A DNA stretch of 64,000 nucleotides from an uncultured Acidobacteriota bacterium (GCA_963812095.1 CAWETV010000001.1:354690-418689), one strand, 5' to 3'; shown: positions 30,891 through 40,668, numbered from the stretch's first letter. Program-made: numbers and translations. Notes: a model not told the origin generated them from the sequence alone.

Positions 30891-32417
30891 CAAAATCTCC
30901 AGTGCGAGAGCAGGTTCACAACCGTGGGATTGATGCTGTCCACGATCAGCCGCGGCGCAAGGCCCACCAGGAACATCAGCCCGATCACAGGCGCCAGCGC
31001 CAGCCGCTCGCTATGGTGCAAGTCGGGGAAGGCAGCCCAGTGCTCGGGCACGGGGCCCGTGAAGACCTTCTGAATCACCGTAAGAAGAACCGCGGCCGTC
31101 ACCAGCAGGCCGAGCACCGAAACTGTGGCCGCAACCCAGGCGAGTGGAAACACGCCGCGAAAGATCAGGAATTCGCTGACAAAGCTGTTCAGGCCCGGCA
31201 ACCCCAAGAGAAGAGAACAGCGCAATCCCCATCAGCCCTGCGAGCACTGGCGCGGGTTTGCGCAGCCCGCCGAAGTCGTCAATGCCGCGCAGCCCGCCCG
31301 ATCGCATTTGAATCATGGCCATGAACCAGAAAAGCGTTGCGGCGGTAATGCCGTGGTTGAACATCTGCAAGATGACGCCGTTGAGCGCTGCGACCTGGCT
31401 GGCGGCGGCTGCCGGAGACCCATAAGCCGGAATCGCCAGCGCGAAGATTCCAAGCAGGCAATAGCCCAGGTGATTCACCGACGAGTAGGCAAAGACGCGC
31501 TTCAGGTCCTTCTGCGCGGCTGCGGCCCATGCGCCCATCACGACGGTGATCACGGCCAGCACCAGCAACGGCGTGCGAAAGGCCGTGATCTGCGGACCGA
31601 AGATCGGCAGCGCAATCCGCAACAAGCCGTAGACCCCCATCTTCGACATGGCGCCCGTCAGCAGCATCGTCACCGGCGAAGGCGCCTCCGCGTAGGCCGC
31701 GGGCAGCCAGGTATGAAAAGGCATCAGCGGCACTTTGACGGCGAAGCCCGCAAGCACTCCAATCGCAAGCCACGGCATTACATGGCCCAGATGGGCAACG
31801 ATCATGGGCTCAAGCTGCCCCGCCGAAGTGAGCATCGTGAGATGCAGAAAGTCCATGCTGCCGGTGGAAAGAAAAACGCCAAGGAAGCAGACCAGCAACG
31901 CCACCGATCCGGCCATCGTGTAAATGAAGAACTGCGTCGCCGCCGGGCCGCGCTTCGGCCCGCCCCACAACTTAATCAGGAAGAACGCGGGGATCAGGCT
32001 CAGCTCCCAGAACAGAAACCAATGGAAGAAATTGAGCGCAGTGAAGGAGCCGAACAGCCCCGACTCGAGGATGAGAACAAGACCATAGTAGAGCCCCGGC
32101 GCAGGATGCACGCGGTGAGCCGCATCCACCGACATCAGCGTGACAATGGCCGAAAGCACAACCATCAGCGCGCCCAGCCCGTCGACGCCCAGGTGGTACT
32201 CGATGCCCAGTGAAGGCGCCCAGCCCACGTGTTCCACCAGGCCCATGCCGCCGCCTGCGGGCACACAGGTCCACACGTAGAGCGCCAGCACAAGCGAAAC
32301 GAGCGAGGTGAGCAGGGCCACTCCGCGCGCGTGGCGGGCACAGAACATTGCAATCATCGCCCCGGCCAGCGGTAGCACAGTCAGAACCGTGAGAATGGGA
32401 AAGCCTGTCGCGATCAT
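30890..32417 (-). CDS. nuoM: NADH-quinone oxidoreductase subunit M (copy 1), frame interrupted by a 1-nt indel in a C4 run at 31202-31205
   Basis: FWELSLIPAFFLIKLWGG.KRG.AATQFFIYT..GS...KVPLMPFHTWLPAAYAEAPSPVTMLLTGAMSKMGVYG. After ..GIALFSSLG the conserved continuation LPGLNSFVSEFLIFRGVF... reads in the 30890-31225 frame. ATG 32417 forms an ATGA overlap with the nuoL stop. An alternative ATG lies at 32432. Confidence 0.85.
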
Positions 32418-34489
32418 GGCCGGCTGCTCCATATAAGAATTGCAGCCAGGACCGCAACGGCCAGGGCCAGAATGCGAAGGTAGTTCTGCACAAGCCCGTC
32501 CTGCATGCGGCCGATCAATCCGCCGCCCGTCGTCAGTTCGTCGCAGGTTTTGTCGAATCCGCCGTCCACCCAGTTGACGTCGAGGAAGCGGTTCAGCCGT
32601 GCCAGCAGCCGGAAGGTCCCCGCCACTGCTGCCACAATGCCTCCCCAGACGCGGCGGTCAAGCCAGTCGGCCACGCGCGCCCACCAGCCGTAGAAGGCGA
32701 TGAACGTTGCGCCGTAGAACTCATCCACGTAAAGGCGATTGTGCAGGCCCGTCCAGAGCCAGGGCGCGGACTTCTCAAGCGCATCAGGTTCCTCGGCTTT
32801 GGGCGAACGGTTGCCGTAGATCCACCAGCCAAGCCCAAGGCCAAGAAACACGACGATCGACGAAGTGAGCATCAACATCACCCAGCCCCGGCTCGGCAAA
32901 TCCGCCCCAATCAAACGAAATGGCGCGATGGTCCAGGAAGGCGCGGAACCACGGCCACGCGGGCGTTCCGATGGCGCCCAGCGCAATCGCGAAAAACGCC
33001 AGGATCGCAAGCGGCATCGTCATCACCGCGCGGGCTCTCGTGGGCTTGCTTCTCGCCGGCGGCTGCGGCCAAAAAACACGTAAGACACCTGGCGCGTCAT
33101 GTAAAACGCCGTCAACAGCGCGCCAAAAACCAGCATGTAAAACGGCCCGCGAGAGACGTTCCACCCCTTCGCGGCTTCCAGAATCCCGTCCTTCGACCAG
33201 AAGCCTGAAAACAGGAGCGGAAACCCGCAAAGGGCCAGCATACCGATGGCATAGGTGGCAAAGGTGACCGGCATCTCGGTTCGCAGTCCGCCCATCTTGC
33301 GCACGTTCTGCTCCTCGTGGCATCCGTGGATCACCGAGCCTGCCCCCATGAACAGCAGGGCTTTGAAGAAGGCATGCGTGATCAGGTGGAACATGCCCAC
33401 AGCCACGCCGCCCATCCCCAGGCCGGCCATCATGTAGCCGAGCTGTGAGACGGTGGAGTAAGCGAGGATGCGCTTGATGTCGTTTTGCGCAACGGCGATC
33501 AGCGCAGCGAACACGGCAGTGAATGCGCCCACCCAGGTAACCACGGTCAGCGAGGAGAAAGCCCCGCCGGTGAGCGACCCCGCCTGCATCAGCGGATAAA
33601 CGCGCGCGACAAGATAGACGCCGGCAGCCACCATCGTCGCCGCGTGAATCAGCGCGGAGACCGGCGTGGGGCCTTCCATGGCGTCGGGCAGCCACACGTG
33701 CAATGGAAACTGGCCGCTCTTGCCCATCGCTCCCAGAAAGATCAGCAGCCCGATGGCCCCGGCAGCAGTCAGGCCAAAGGCCGCGTGCTGCGCCAGCAGC
33801 CCGCCGAGCGCCGCCGGCTCCAGCGAGCCCGCTCCGCCGCTGTAAAAAAGCAGCGTTCCGCTTTGCGAGAAGAGCCAAACGATTCCCAGCAGGAAAAACA
33901 CGTCGCCAACGCGCGTGGTCAGGAACGCTTTTTTCGCGGCGGCGGCGGCCGAGGGCTTCTGGTACCAGAAGCCGATCAGCAGATACGAGGTCAGCCCCAC
34001 CAGTTCCCAGCACATGAACAGCAGCAGCAGCGAATTCGCGATCACCACGCCAAGCATCGCCCCGGCAAAGAGCGACATGAAGCAGAAGAAGCGGGTGTAG
34101 TTTTCGTCGTGGGCCATGTAGCCCACCGAGTAGATGAAGATCAGCAGCCCTACCAGGCTGACCATCACCAGCATCACCGCCGCCAGCGGATCGAGGACCC
34201 AGCCCAGATCGACAGAAGTGGCCCCGAAGTGGAGCCAGGCGAAATTGACTGTCTCGCGCACCGCCGTTCCGCGCACCCAGCCGGAGAGCACATGCGCGAA
34301 GGCGGCCAGCGAAAGCAAAAACGATATGCCAAGCGATCCGATGGCCAGCGCGGCAGCAGACTTCCGCTTCGGTTGCCTCAGAAAAGCAATCGCGCCCGAC
34401 GCCACCATGGGCAGCGCGGGTATCAGCCACAGGATTCCCGTGATCGGCGAGGCCGGGTTTCCGGGAGTGAAGGAACTTACCACTTGCAT
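32414..34489 (-). CDS. nuoL: NADH-quinone oxidoreductase subunit L, elongated (~691 codons), frame broken at about three sites (~33076, ~33030, ~32887)
   Basis: WELVGLTSYLLIGFW...HVWLPDAMEGPTPVSALIHAATMVAAGVYL. After ..YVFFG the sequence continues in other frames as AAAGEKQAHESP, then AVMTMPLAILAFFAIALG..FDWGGFAEPG, then WVMLMLTSSIVVFLGLGLGWWIYG...lateral-helix region...LAVAVLAAILIW. The shifts sit in or next to an A6 run and a C4 run. Confidence 0.85.
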
Positions 34490-34496
34490 CGGTCGT

Positions 34497-34808
34497 TCAC
34501 CCCTTCATCCTGTTCATGTGGTCGAGAGCGAAGGTGTGCGCATGGCGGTAGATTGCAATCACCAGGCCCAGGCCCACGGCCGCTTCGGCAGCAGCCACAG
34601 CAATCGAAAAAATAGCAAAGATCATGCCTGTCAGCTCTTCCGGATGAGGACCGTAGCGCCAGAAGGCGATGAAGTTCAGGTTGGCGGCGTTGAGCATGAG
34701 CTCGATGCCGATAAGAACGATAATCGGATTGCGCCGGATCAGCGCTCCAGCCAGCCCGATAGCAAACAGCATATCGGCTACGGCCAAATACGCGGCAAGA
34801 GGGTTCAT
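34497..34808 (-). CDS. nuoK: NADH-quinone oxidoreductase subunit K
   Basis: A 103-aa product, ..[17 protein letters not shown]....[21 protein letters not shown] overlap with the nuoJ stop. Confidence 0.9.
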   Translation of the reverse strand: MNPLAAYLAVADMLFAIGLAGALIRRNPIIVLIGIELMLNAANLNFIAFWRYGPHPEELTGMIFAIFSIAVAAAEAAVGLGLVIAIYRHAHTFALDHMNRMKG

Positions 34809-35305
34809 TTCTCCCCCCCGTTCTCAAGCACGGCGATGATCACGCCGCCAATGGTAGCTGCGGTCAGCAGCAGCGCCAGAATTTCGAGCGGCAGCACGTA
34901 GCGGCCCACGATGGCATTGCCGATGTCGCGCACGGTTACTGCCGGAACGGCCATCTCATGCGGCAGAACCGCGAGGCTCTTTACCAGTGCGCCGCCCAGG
35001 ACCGCGAACATCACCACGGCAATCGCCACCCCTGCCGGCCAGTTGGGGCTGAACACTCCTCCTCGCGGCAATCCCGCGCTGCGCGTGAGCAAAATGGCGA
35101 ATATCACCAGAATGGCGACCGCGCCGATGTAGATCAGGATCTGCACAAGACCGGCGAATTGCGCATCGAGCGAGAGAAACAGCATCGCCAGCCCGGCAAA
35201 TGCCACCGTGACCGCAAGCGCGCAATGCACCGTGCGCTGCAGCAGCATCGCTGCCAGGCTTCCGGCCAGGGTCAAAGCCGCGATCAAATAAAAGACTGGA
35301 CTCAC
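34805..35305 (-). CDS. nuoJ: NADH-quinone oxidoreductase subunit J
   Basis: A 166-aa membrane protein, ..[31 protein letters not shown], in the expected operon position. GTG start. Confidence 0.85.
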   Translation of the reverse strand: MSPVFYLIAALTLAGSLAAMLLQRTVHCALAVTVAFAGLAMLFLSLDAQFAGLVQILIYIGAVAILVIFAILLTRSAGLPRGGVFSPNWPAGVAIAVVMFAVLGGALVKSLAVLPHEMAVPAVTVRDIGNAIVGRYVLPLEILALLLTAATIGGVIIAVLENGGEK

Positions 35306-35325
35306 CTGATCTTTCCCTTTCTCTG

Positions 35326-35373
35326 CCCCTTGTTCCCTCAGTCCCTTGTTCCCTATTCCCTATTCCCTATTCT
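35326..35373. repeat. Intercistronic C3-tract heptamer array (CCCTATT family) between nuoH and nuoJ
   Basis: ccccttgtt ccctcagt cccttgtt ccctatt ccctatt ccctatt ctt. It abuts the nuoH stop at 35373. Confidence 0.85.
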
Positions 35374-36560
35374 TACTCGGCATAACGGTACCTCCGCGGG
35401 CCGATGCTGCGCCGCCGCGTTTCTATGAGGCCCATCAGCGCCCAGGCAGCCACCAGGATCGCCGTGCTGACCACCCATCGCAGCCAGCCCTCGCCCATGA
35501 ATCTCCACAGAGCCGTCACCAGAAGATCGAGCAGCGTAAAGGGCAGCAGAAACTTCCAGGCAAAATTCATCAACTGGTCCTGCCGGACGCGCGGCATCGT
35601 GCCTCGTATCCAGATATAGACGATCAGGCAAAAGAACACTTTCGCGAAAAACCAGAACCACGACGGGACCCAGGTGAGGAACGACAGAGGCGCCGACCAC
35701 CCGCCCAGAAACAGCGTCGTGCCCAGTCCCGACATGGAAATCATCGCCAGGTACTCGCCGATAAAAAAGATCGCGAATTTAAAGCCCGAGTACTCGATGT
35801 GATAGCCGGCGATGATCTCCGACTCACCTTCGGGCACGTCGAAGGGCGAGCGATTGGTTTCGGCCATGCCGGCGATCACGAAGACCACGCAGGCGGCCAG
35901 TCCCCAGGGAGTAAAGACGTACCAATGGGGAAACACGCCCGTGTACCCGTTCTGAGCTTCGACAATTCGCGGCAACGACATCGAACCGCTAATCATCACC
36001 ACGGTCACGGTGGAAAGCAGCAGAACCACCTCGTAGCTGATCATCTGCGCCACGGCGCGCATCGCCCCCAGCAGCGAGTACTTGTTGCGGCTCGACCACC
36101 CCGCCATGAAAACGGCCAGCTCCGTTGCGGCGCCCATGGCAATGAAGAAGAGCAGGCCCGCGTCCATGTCCACCAGCACCATGTTCCGCCCCACGGGCAG
36201 CACAGCGTAGCCCATGAACACGGTAACCAGCAGCACCAGCGGCGCCAGAAAATGCACGAGCGCGTCGGCGCGGGAGGGAACAATGTCTTCCTTGATCAGC
36301 GCCTTGATGCCGTCGGCGATGGGCTGAAGCAGTCCGTAAGGGCCCACGCGGTTGGGTCCGTACCGGTTCTGGATGCGCCCCACTCCCTTTCGCTCAAAAA
36401 CGACCACCAGAGCGAACATCGACGGAAAAACGCAGATAATGGCAACCACGCCAATCACGACCTTGGCGATCGGCTGCAGAGCGGCGGGAATAAAACTCAC
36501 CACCCAGTCCCGAAAAAGAACGAAGATCTGGTCCAGGTTTGCGGCCAGAGAACCGTGCAT
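35373..36560 (-). CDS. nuoH: NADH-quinone oxidoreductase subunit H
   Basis: FERKGVGRIQNRYGPNRVGPYGLLQPIADGIKAL.KED...SLLGAMRAVAQMISYEV...PFDVPEGESEI.AGYHIEYSG. I chose ATG 36560, 4 nt after the nuoI stop. The Arg/Pro-rich upstream ORF extension is rejected. Confidence 0.9.
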   Translation of the reverse strand: MHGSLAANLDQIFVLFRDWVVSFIPAALQPIAKVVIGVVAIICVFPSMFALVVVFERKGVGRIQNRYGPNRVGPYGLLQPIADGIKALIKEDIVPSRADALVHFLAPLVLLVTVFMGYAVLPVGRNMVLVDMDAGLLFFIAMGAATELAVFMAGWSSRNKYSLLGAMRAVAQMISYEVVLLLSTVTVVMISGSMSLPRIVEAQNGYTGVFPHWYVFTPWGLAACVVFVIAGMAETNRSPFDVPEGESEIIAGYHIEYSGFKFAIFFIGEYLAMISMSGLGTTLFLGGWSAPLSFLTWVPSWFWFFAKVFFCLIVYIWIRGTMPRVRQDQLMNFAWKFLLPFTLLDLLVTALWRFMGEGWLRWVVSTAILVAAWALMGLIETRRRSIGPRRYRYAE

Positions 36561-36564
36561 CGTG

Positions 36565-37182
36565 CTAGTCTCCTCCCGCGCGCGGCGTCTCGGCGGACGC
36601 CGTCGCCTTGGCCGCCGCGGCCGCTTTGGCTTTGGCCGCCTCGGCGGCCTTGGCTTCGGCCTTGGCCTTTTCCTCGGCCAGGCGAGCATCCACCTCGGCA
36701 GCCTCGGTTGGATGGATGCTGTGATAGTACTCGTTCGACCGGGCCAGGTGCTGGCGGTCTAAGAGCAGCCCTCCGAATCGATTCTCGGTGGCCAGCTCGA
36801 ACTCAGTATTCATTTTGATCGCTTCGAAGGGGCAGACTTCCACGCAGATCTGGCAGCTCATGCACACCGAAGTGTCGATGTCGAAACGCGTCGGGTAGAA
36901 CTGCTCCTTGCCGATGAAATCCGGCTTCTTGTCCTTGCTCTTCTCAATCAGGATGCACTTGGGCGGGCACTCTTTCTCGCAGATCTGGCAGGCCACGCAG
37001 CGCAGCCCCGCCTGCCAGTCCGCGCCATCGTAGACGAGGAAGGGAAAGACGCGCGCGGCCTCGAACGACGGCTCCCGCTCTTCTGGATACTCCACCGTCG
37101 TCAACCGCTTGGCGGAGAAAAAGCTGCCGAAGAAATTCTTCGCCGTCTCCGCCAATCCCTTCAGTATGCCTTCACCCAGCAA
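36565..37182 (-). CDS. nuoI: NADH-quinone oxidoreductase subunit I (2x[4Fe-4S]) with Ala/Lys-rich C-terminal tail
   Basis: CVACQICEKECPPKCI and CMSCQICVEVCPFEAI ferredoxin motifs. The tail reads EEKAKAEAKAAEAAKAKAAAAAKATASAE. TTG start. It is located before nuoH, not after it. Confidence 0.85.
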   Translation of the reverse strand: MLGEGILKGLAETAKNFFGSFFSAKRLTTVEYPEEREPSFEAARVFPFLVYDGADWQAGLRCVACQICEKECPPKCILIEKSKDKKPDFIGKEQFYPTRFDIDTSVCMSCQICVEVCPFEAIKMNTEFELATENRFGGLLLDRQHLARSNEYYHSIHPTEAAEVDARLAEEKAKAEAKAAEAAKAKAAAAAKATASAETPRAGGD

Positions 37183-37201
37183 CTTCCCCGCTCCTTCAGC
37201 T

Positions 37202-37248
37202 CTTAGCCCCTTAGTCCCTCGTTCCCTATTCCCTATTCCCTATTCCCT
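37202..37248. repeat. Intercistronic heptamer/octamer array (CCCTATT family) between nuoD and nuoI
   Basis: cttagcccc ttagtccc tcgttccc tattccc tattccc tattccc tgc. Confidence 0.85.
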
Positions 37249-37251
37249 GCT

Positions 37252-38424
37252 TCACCTGTCCACTTCCCCCAGCACAATGTCCACGCTGCCAAAGATCACC
37301 AGCACGTCGGCCACGTTCAGCCCCAGGCACATGTCCTCCAGAATCGTCAGATTGATCAGGCTCGGCGGGCGCACGCGGTAGCGGTACGGGTTCAGACTGC
37401 CGTCGCTGATCAGATAAAAGCCCAGTTCGCCCTTGGGAGCCTCGATGCGGCCGTAAGCCTCGCCCGGCTTGGGACGGAAGCCGCGCAGCTTTGCCTTGGG
37501 GTCAATGATCGGCCCCCCGGGAACCTCCTTCAGAGCCTGCTCCAGGATGCGGAGCGACTCGCGCATCTCCAGCATACGAATCATGTAGCGGTCGTAGACG
37601 TCCCAGTGATCGCCCAGCGGGACGCGGAACTGGAAACGGTCGTAAATGCCGTAATGATCAACCTTGCGGATGTCGTAATTCACTCCGGAAGCCCGCAGCA
37701 TGGGTCCGGTGACGCCGGCGTTCACGGCCAGCTCCGGGCTGAGCACGCCGATTCCCTGGCAGCGGGCCATCAGAATCTCGTTCCCGGCAAGCAAAGACTC
37801 GAACTCGTCGACAAAGCCCGGCAGTCCGGCCACAACCTTGCGCGTCTTCTCGAGCCAGCTTTCGGTAATGTCTACCCGGCAGCCGCCAAAGCGCATGTAG
37901 TTACACATCATGCGCGCGCCGGTCAGCTCCTCAAAGAGGTCCAGAATCTTCTCTCGCTCGCGGAAGGCATACATCAGCGGCGTTCCGCTGGCGCCCATCT
38001 CCTGAACCAGAAAACCGATCGACGAGGCGTGGTTCTGAAAGCGCGTCAGCTCGCCCAGAATCACGCGGATATACTCGGCCCGCTCGGGAACCCCGATGCC
38101 CTCAAGCTTCTCCACCGCCAGCGCATAGGCCCAGTTATTGGTCAGCGGGCAGATATAGTCGAGCCGGTCGGTATAGGGCATCGAGGCCAGGTACGTCTGC
38201 CCTTCCGCGAGCTTCTCGTGATTGCGGTGGAGGTAGCCGAAATACGGCCTGAGGGCAATCACCCGCTCTCCGTCGAGCTTCAGGTCCATGCGGAAGACGC
38301 CGTGGGTAGAGGGATGGTGCGGCCCCATGGCGAGTTCGAGCAGTTCGCCCTCACCCGTAGGAGTGATGACCGGCGGCTGGTTCCACCCTGCCGCTTTCTC
38401 CGTCTTTTTCTCCGCTACGCTCAT
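37252..38424 (-). CDS. nuoD: NADH-quinone oxidoreductase subunit D
   Basis: [13 protein letters not shown]...GYLHRN.EK......PYTDRLDY......E.P.GE.G.Y......RVRPPS, the NuoD/49-kDa family signature. Confidence 0.95.
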   Translation of the reverse strand: MSVAEKKTEKAAGWNQPPVITPTGEGELLELAMGPHHPSTHGVFRMDLKLDGERVIALRPYFGYLHRNHEKLAEGQTYLASMPYTDRLDYICPLTNNWAYALAVEKLEGIGVPERAEYIRVILGELTRFQNHASSIGFLVQEMGASGTPLMYAFREREKILDLFEELTGARMMCNYMRFGGCRVDITESWLEKTRKVVAGLPGFVDEFESLLAGNEILMARCQGIGVLSPELAVNAGVTGPMLRASGVNYDIRKVDHYGIYDRFQFRVPLGDHWDVYDRYMIRMLEMRESLRILEQALKEVPGGPIIDPKAKLRGFRPKPGEAYGRIEAPKGELGFYLISDGSLNPYRYRVRPPSLINLTILEDMCLGLNVADVLVIFGSVDIVLGEVDR

Positions 38425-38430
38425 TCGCTC

Positions 38431-38520
38431 CAGTTCACAGTTCGCAGTTCACAGTTCGCAGCTCACAGTTGTCAGTTCGTAGTTCGCAGTGTCCCTAATG
38501 CCTATTGCCTATTGCCTGCC
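38431..38520. repeat. Intercistronic compound heptamer array: (CAGTTCN)x9 then (CCTAWTG)x4
   Basis: cagttca cagttcg cagttca cagttcg cagctca cagttgt cagttcg tagttcg cagtgtc cctaatg cctattg cctattg cctgcc. The last units contain the nuoC stop codon and its final codons. Confidence 0.85.
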
Positions 38521-39159
38521 TTTATATTCCTGCGCCCTCTTCAGCACGGCATCGTGCGCCGTAGGCTCGTATTCGTAATCGTCGGGGTCCACGTAATCCT
38601 TGCGCATGGGGTGATCCTTGAACTCATCCCACATCAGCAGGCGGCGCAGGTCGCGGTGCCCTTTGAAGACAACCCCGTACAGGTCGAAGATCTCGCGCTC
38701 CTGAAACTCGGCCGACCGCCACACCGAAGTCAGCGAAGGCAACTCCACCTGATCGGTCCGGTTCACCGTCTTCATCCGGATCACCAGCGGTCCGTATTTC
38801 CTGCTGACCGAATAAAGGTGATAAACCACCTCGAGGCAGCCCGGCTCGATCCGTTTGCGCGTCTCCTCTACTGTCTCCTCAACCGTCTGCTCCACGCCGT
38901 CGACGGTTTTCTTAACCTCACGTGTTACTTTCACTTTTTCCGCGATCTCTTTGTCGGGCCAGTCCACTCCCGTCGCGTTCGACAGGTAGTCGAAAGCCAT
39001 CTCGGGATCGTCGCATAGAAACGCTGCCACGCGCACGGCGCTTGAGGGCTCCAGCCGCAGCGAGTGCTGCGCCGAAGGGCTTGGGTTCGGCACAAAGGTG
39101 ACGACCGCGCCCGGAACAGCCGCTTCAATCGCCGCCTTGATCTCCTCAACCGTCTTCAA
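38509..39159 (-). CDS. nuoC: NADH-quinone oxidoreductase subunit C
   Basis: ..LTSVWRSAEFQEREIFDLYGVVFKGHRDLRRLLMWDEF.DHPMRKDY is the NuoC/30-kDa signature. TTG start. Confidence 0.9.
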   Translation of the reverse strand: MKTVEEIKAAIEAAVPGAVVTFVPNPSPSAQHSLRLEPSSAVRVAAFLCDDPEMAFDYLSNATGVDWPDKEIAEKVKVTREVKKTVDGVEQTVEETVEETRKRIEPGCLEVVYHLYSVSRKYGPLVIRMKTVNRTDQVELPSLTSVWRSAEFQEREIFDLYGVVFKGHRDLRRLLMWDEFKDHPMRKDYVDPDDYEYEPTAHDAVLKRAQEYKGRQ

Positions 39160-39164
39160 TTCAG

Positions 39165-39205
39165 TCCCCTATTCCCTAATGCCTATTGCCTATTGCCTAA
39201 TGCCC
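39165..39205. repeat. Intercistronic heptamer array (CCCTATT/GCCTAWT) between nuoB and nuoC
   Basis: tcccctatt ccctaat gcctatt gcctatt gcctaat gccc. Confidence 0.8.
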
Positions 39206-39210
39206 GCTCT

Positions 39211-39825
39211 TCAAAGAATTTCAATCGGCGGCTCCCACACACCCTCGTTGAATGGAGGCTCCAGGTCGTGCTCGCCGGGCTCAGGAACGGGAAATTCGCC
39301 CCGCGCCCCGGCATCGAGAAAACGCGGCCGCCCCTCGCCCGTCAAAGTCTGGCCGTCGATCTTCTTCTGCAGCGCCATAAACGCCTGAAGCAGTGCCTCG
39401 GGCCGCGGCGGGCAACCCGGAATATGAATATCCACCGGAATATAGCGATCAATCCCCTTCAGCACGTTGTAGCCCTGTTTGAAAGGCCCTCCCGAAATGG
39501 CGCAAGCGCCCATCGCAATCACATACCGCGGCTCAGCCATCTGGTTGTAAAGCCGAACCACCTGGGGCGCCATTCTCTTGGTCACCGTACCGGAGACGAT
39601 CATCAGGTCGGCCTGGCGCGGCGAGGGGCGAAAGACCTCAGCTCCAAACCGGGCAAGGTCGTAGCGCGCCATGGTCGTGGCAATCATCTCAATGGCGCAG
39701 CAGGCCAGCCCGAACTGCATCGGCCATACCGAGCTCCGCCGGCCCCAGTTGTAGAGATCCTGGATCGTCGTGACGAAAACGCCCTGTTTCCCCATCTCGT
39801 TCTTCAGTTGTTGGTCAACCGCCAT
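39211..39825 (-). CDS. nuoB: NADH-quinone oxidoreductase subunit B
   Basis: [14 protein letters not shown]...[17 protein letters not shown]....[19 protein letters not shown]......[14 protein letters not shown]. Confidence 0.95.
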   Translation of the reverse strand: MAVDQQLKNEMGKQGVFVTTIQDLYNWGRRSSVWPMQFGLACCAIEMIATTMARYDLARFGAEVFRPSPRQADLMIVSGTVTKRMAPQVVRLYNQMAEPRYVIAMGACAISGGPFKQGYNVLKGIDRYIPVDIHIPGCPPRPEALLQAFMALQKKIDGQTLTGEGRPRFLDAGARGEFPVPEPGEHDLEPPFNEGVWEPPIEIL

Positions 39826-39941
39826 CCGTTCCCGTGCTCCTCAGGCTCTTCGCCTCTGGCTCCTGGCTTCCGGCTCTTACGTGCCTCTTTTATATTTGAT
39901 GACCGGCAGCTGGAAGCCGGACGTGATCAACCCCGTGCAGA

Positions 39942-40331
39942 TCAATTCCACGTCAGAACGCCCCGTGCCCAGGCCCAGGCAAGCCCCTCTATCAGCAACA
40001 AAACAAAAACCAGCATCGATACGCAGGCCCCCACACCCAGCCCGTTGAATGCGACGGCAAAAGGCAGCAGAAAAACTGACTCGATGTCGAACACCAGAAA
40101 GATAATCGCATAAAGGTAATAGGCCGGCCGGAACTGCACCCACGCATCGCCTTTTGACACCAGCCCGCACTCGTAAACTGCATTCTTTGTCGGGTTTGAT
40201 TTTCGAGGCGCAAAAAACCTGGCCCACAAACGGGCCATCCCAAGCGCAACCAGGCCAAATGCCAGGGCCGCCGCGAACAAAACTGCCAATGAAAAATATG
40301 CGCCTAAAAACATAAGAGTCAATCGATCCAA
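39942..40331 (-). CDS. nuoA: NADH-quinone oxidoreductase subunit A
   Basis: ..SNPTKNAVYECG......F...YYLYAIIFLVFDIESVFLLP. The start is uncertain: TTG 40331 in the track, or ATG 40313. No clear SD precedes either. Confidence 0.85.
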   Translation of the reverse strand: MDRLTLMFLGAYFSLAVLFAAALAFGLVALGMARLWARFFAPRKSNPTKNAVYECGLVSKGDAWVQFRPAYYLYAIIFLVFDIESVFLLPFAVAFNGLGVGACVSMLVFVLLLIEGLAWAWARGVLTWN

Positions 40332-40385
40332 ATAGAACCAACATCAACCTACCAGTTCAAGGGTGATTTTGGCTAAGGTATTTGC

Positions 40386-40411
40386 TTCGAATAAAGTATC
40401 TGTTTCGAATA
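40386..40411. promoter_or_regulatory. Direct repeat TTCGAATA x2 in an AT-rich patch of the nuoA / aminotransferase divergent region (putative operator or promoter element)
   Basis: TTCGAATA occurs at 40386-40393 and 40404-40411. TTCGAA is palindromic, and the surrounding 45 nt are the most AT-rich part of the intergenic region. Confidence 0.25.
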
Positions 40412-40668
40412 GTGAAACGGTGCCGTGCCCACGTCTCTCTGCCGCGGCTCAAGGCGGCCCTCCGCCGGTCACCGGGCTGCGCGCGCGGCAGGGCCAGATC
40501 CGCCATCAAACCCTTTAGTTGAGGCTTTCGCCTGTTCACCGTCGTAGAATAGGTGGGTCCCGGCGCCGCTATGCGGCTCGCCGAAGAAGTTGTTCACGCT
40601 CCGGCACGTCCGGACGGTAGATCGCAAGGTGACCGCCTCCTGGCTGCCGATTGGAGGAGTCGTTCATC

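Noticed and set aside
27604-39018. Long plus-strand ORFs across the nuo cluster (27604-28917, 29526-30338, 31125-32213, 33485-34615, 35346-36818, 37606-39018, 39064-40113).
   Set aside because: They are antisense to well-conserved nuo genes. Their products are dominated by R/H/Q/P/G with no membrane-protein or enzyme motifs, so they are GC-driven shadow ORFs.
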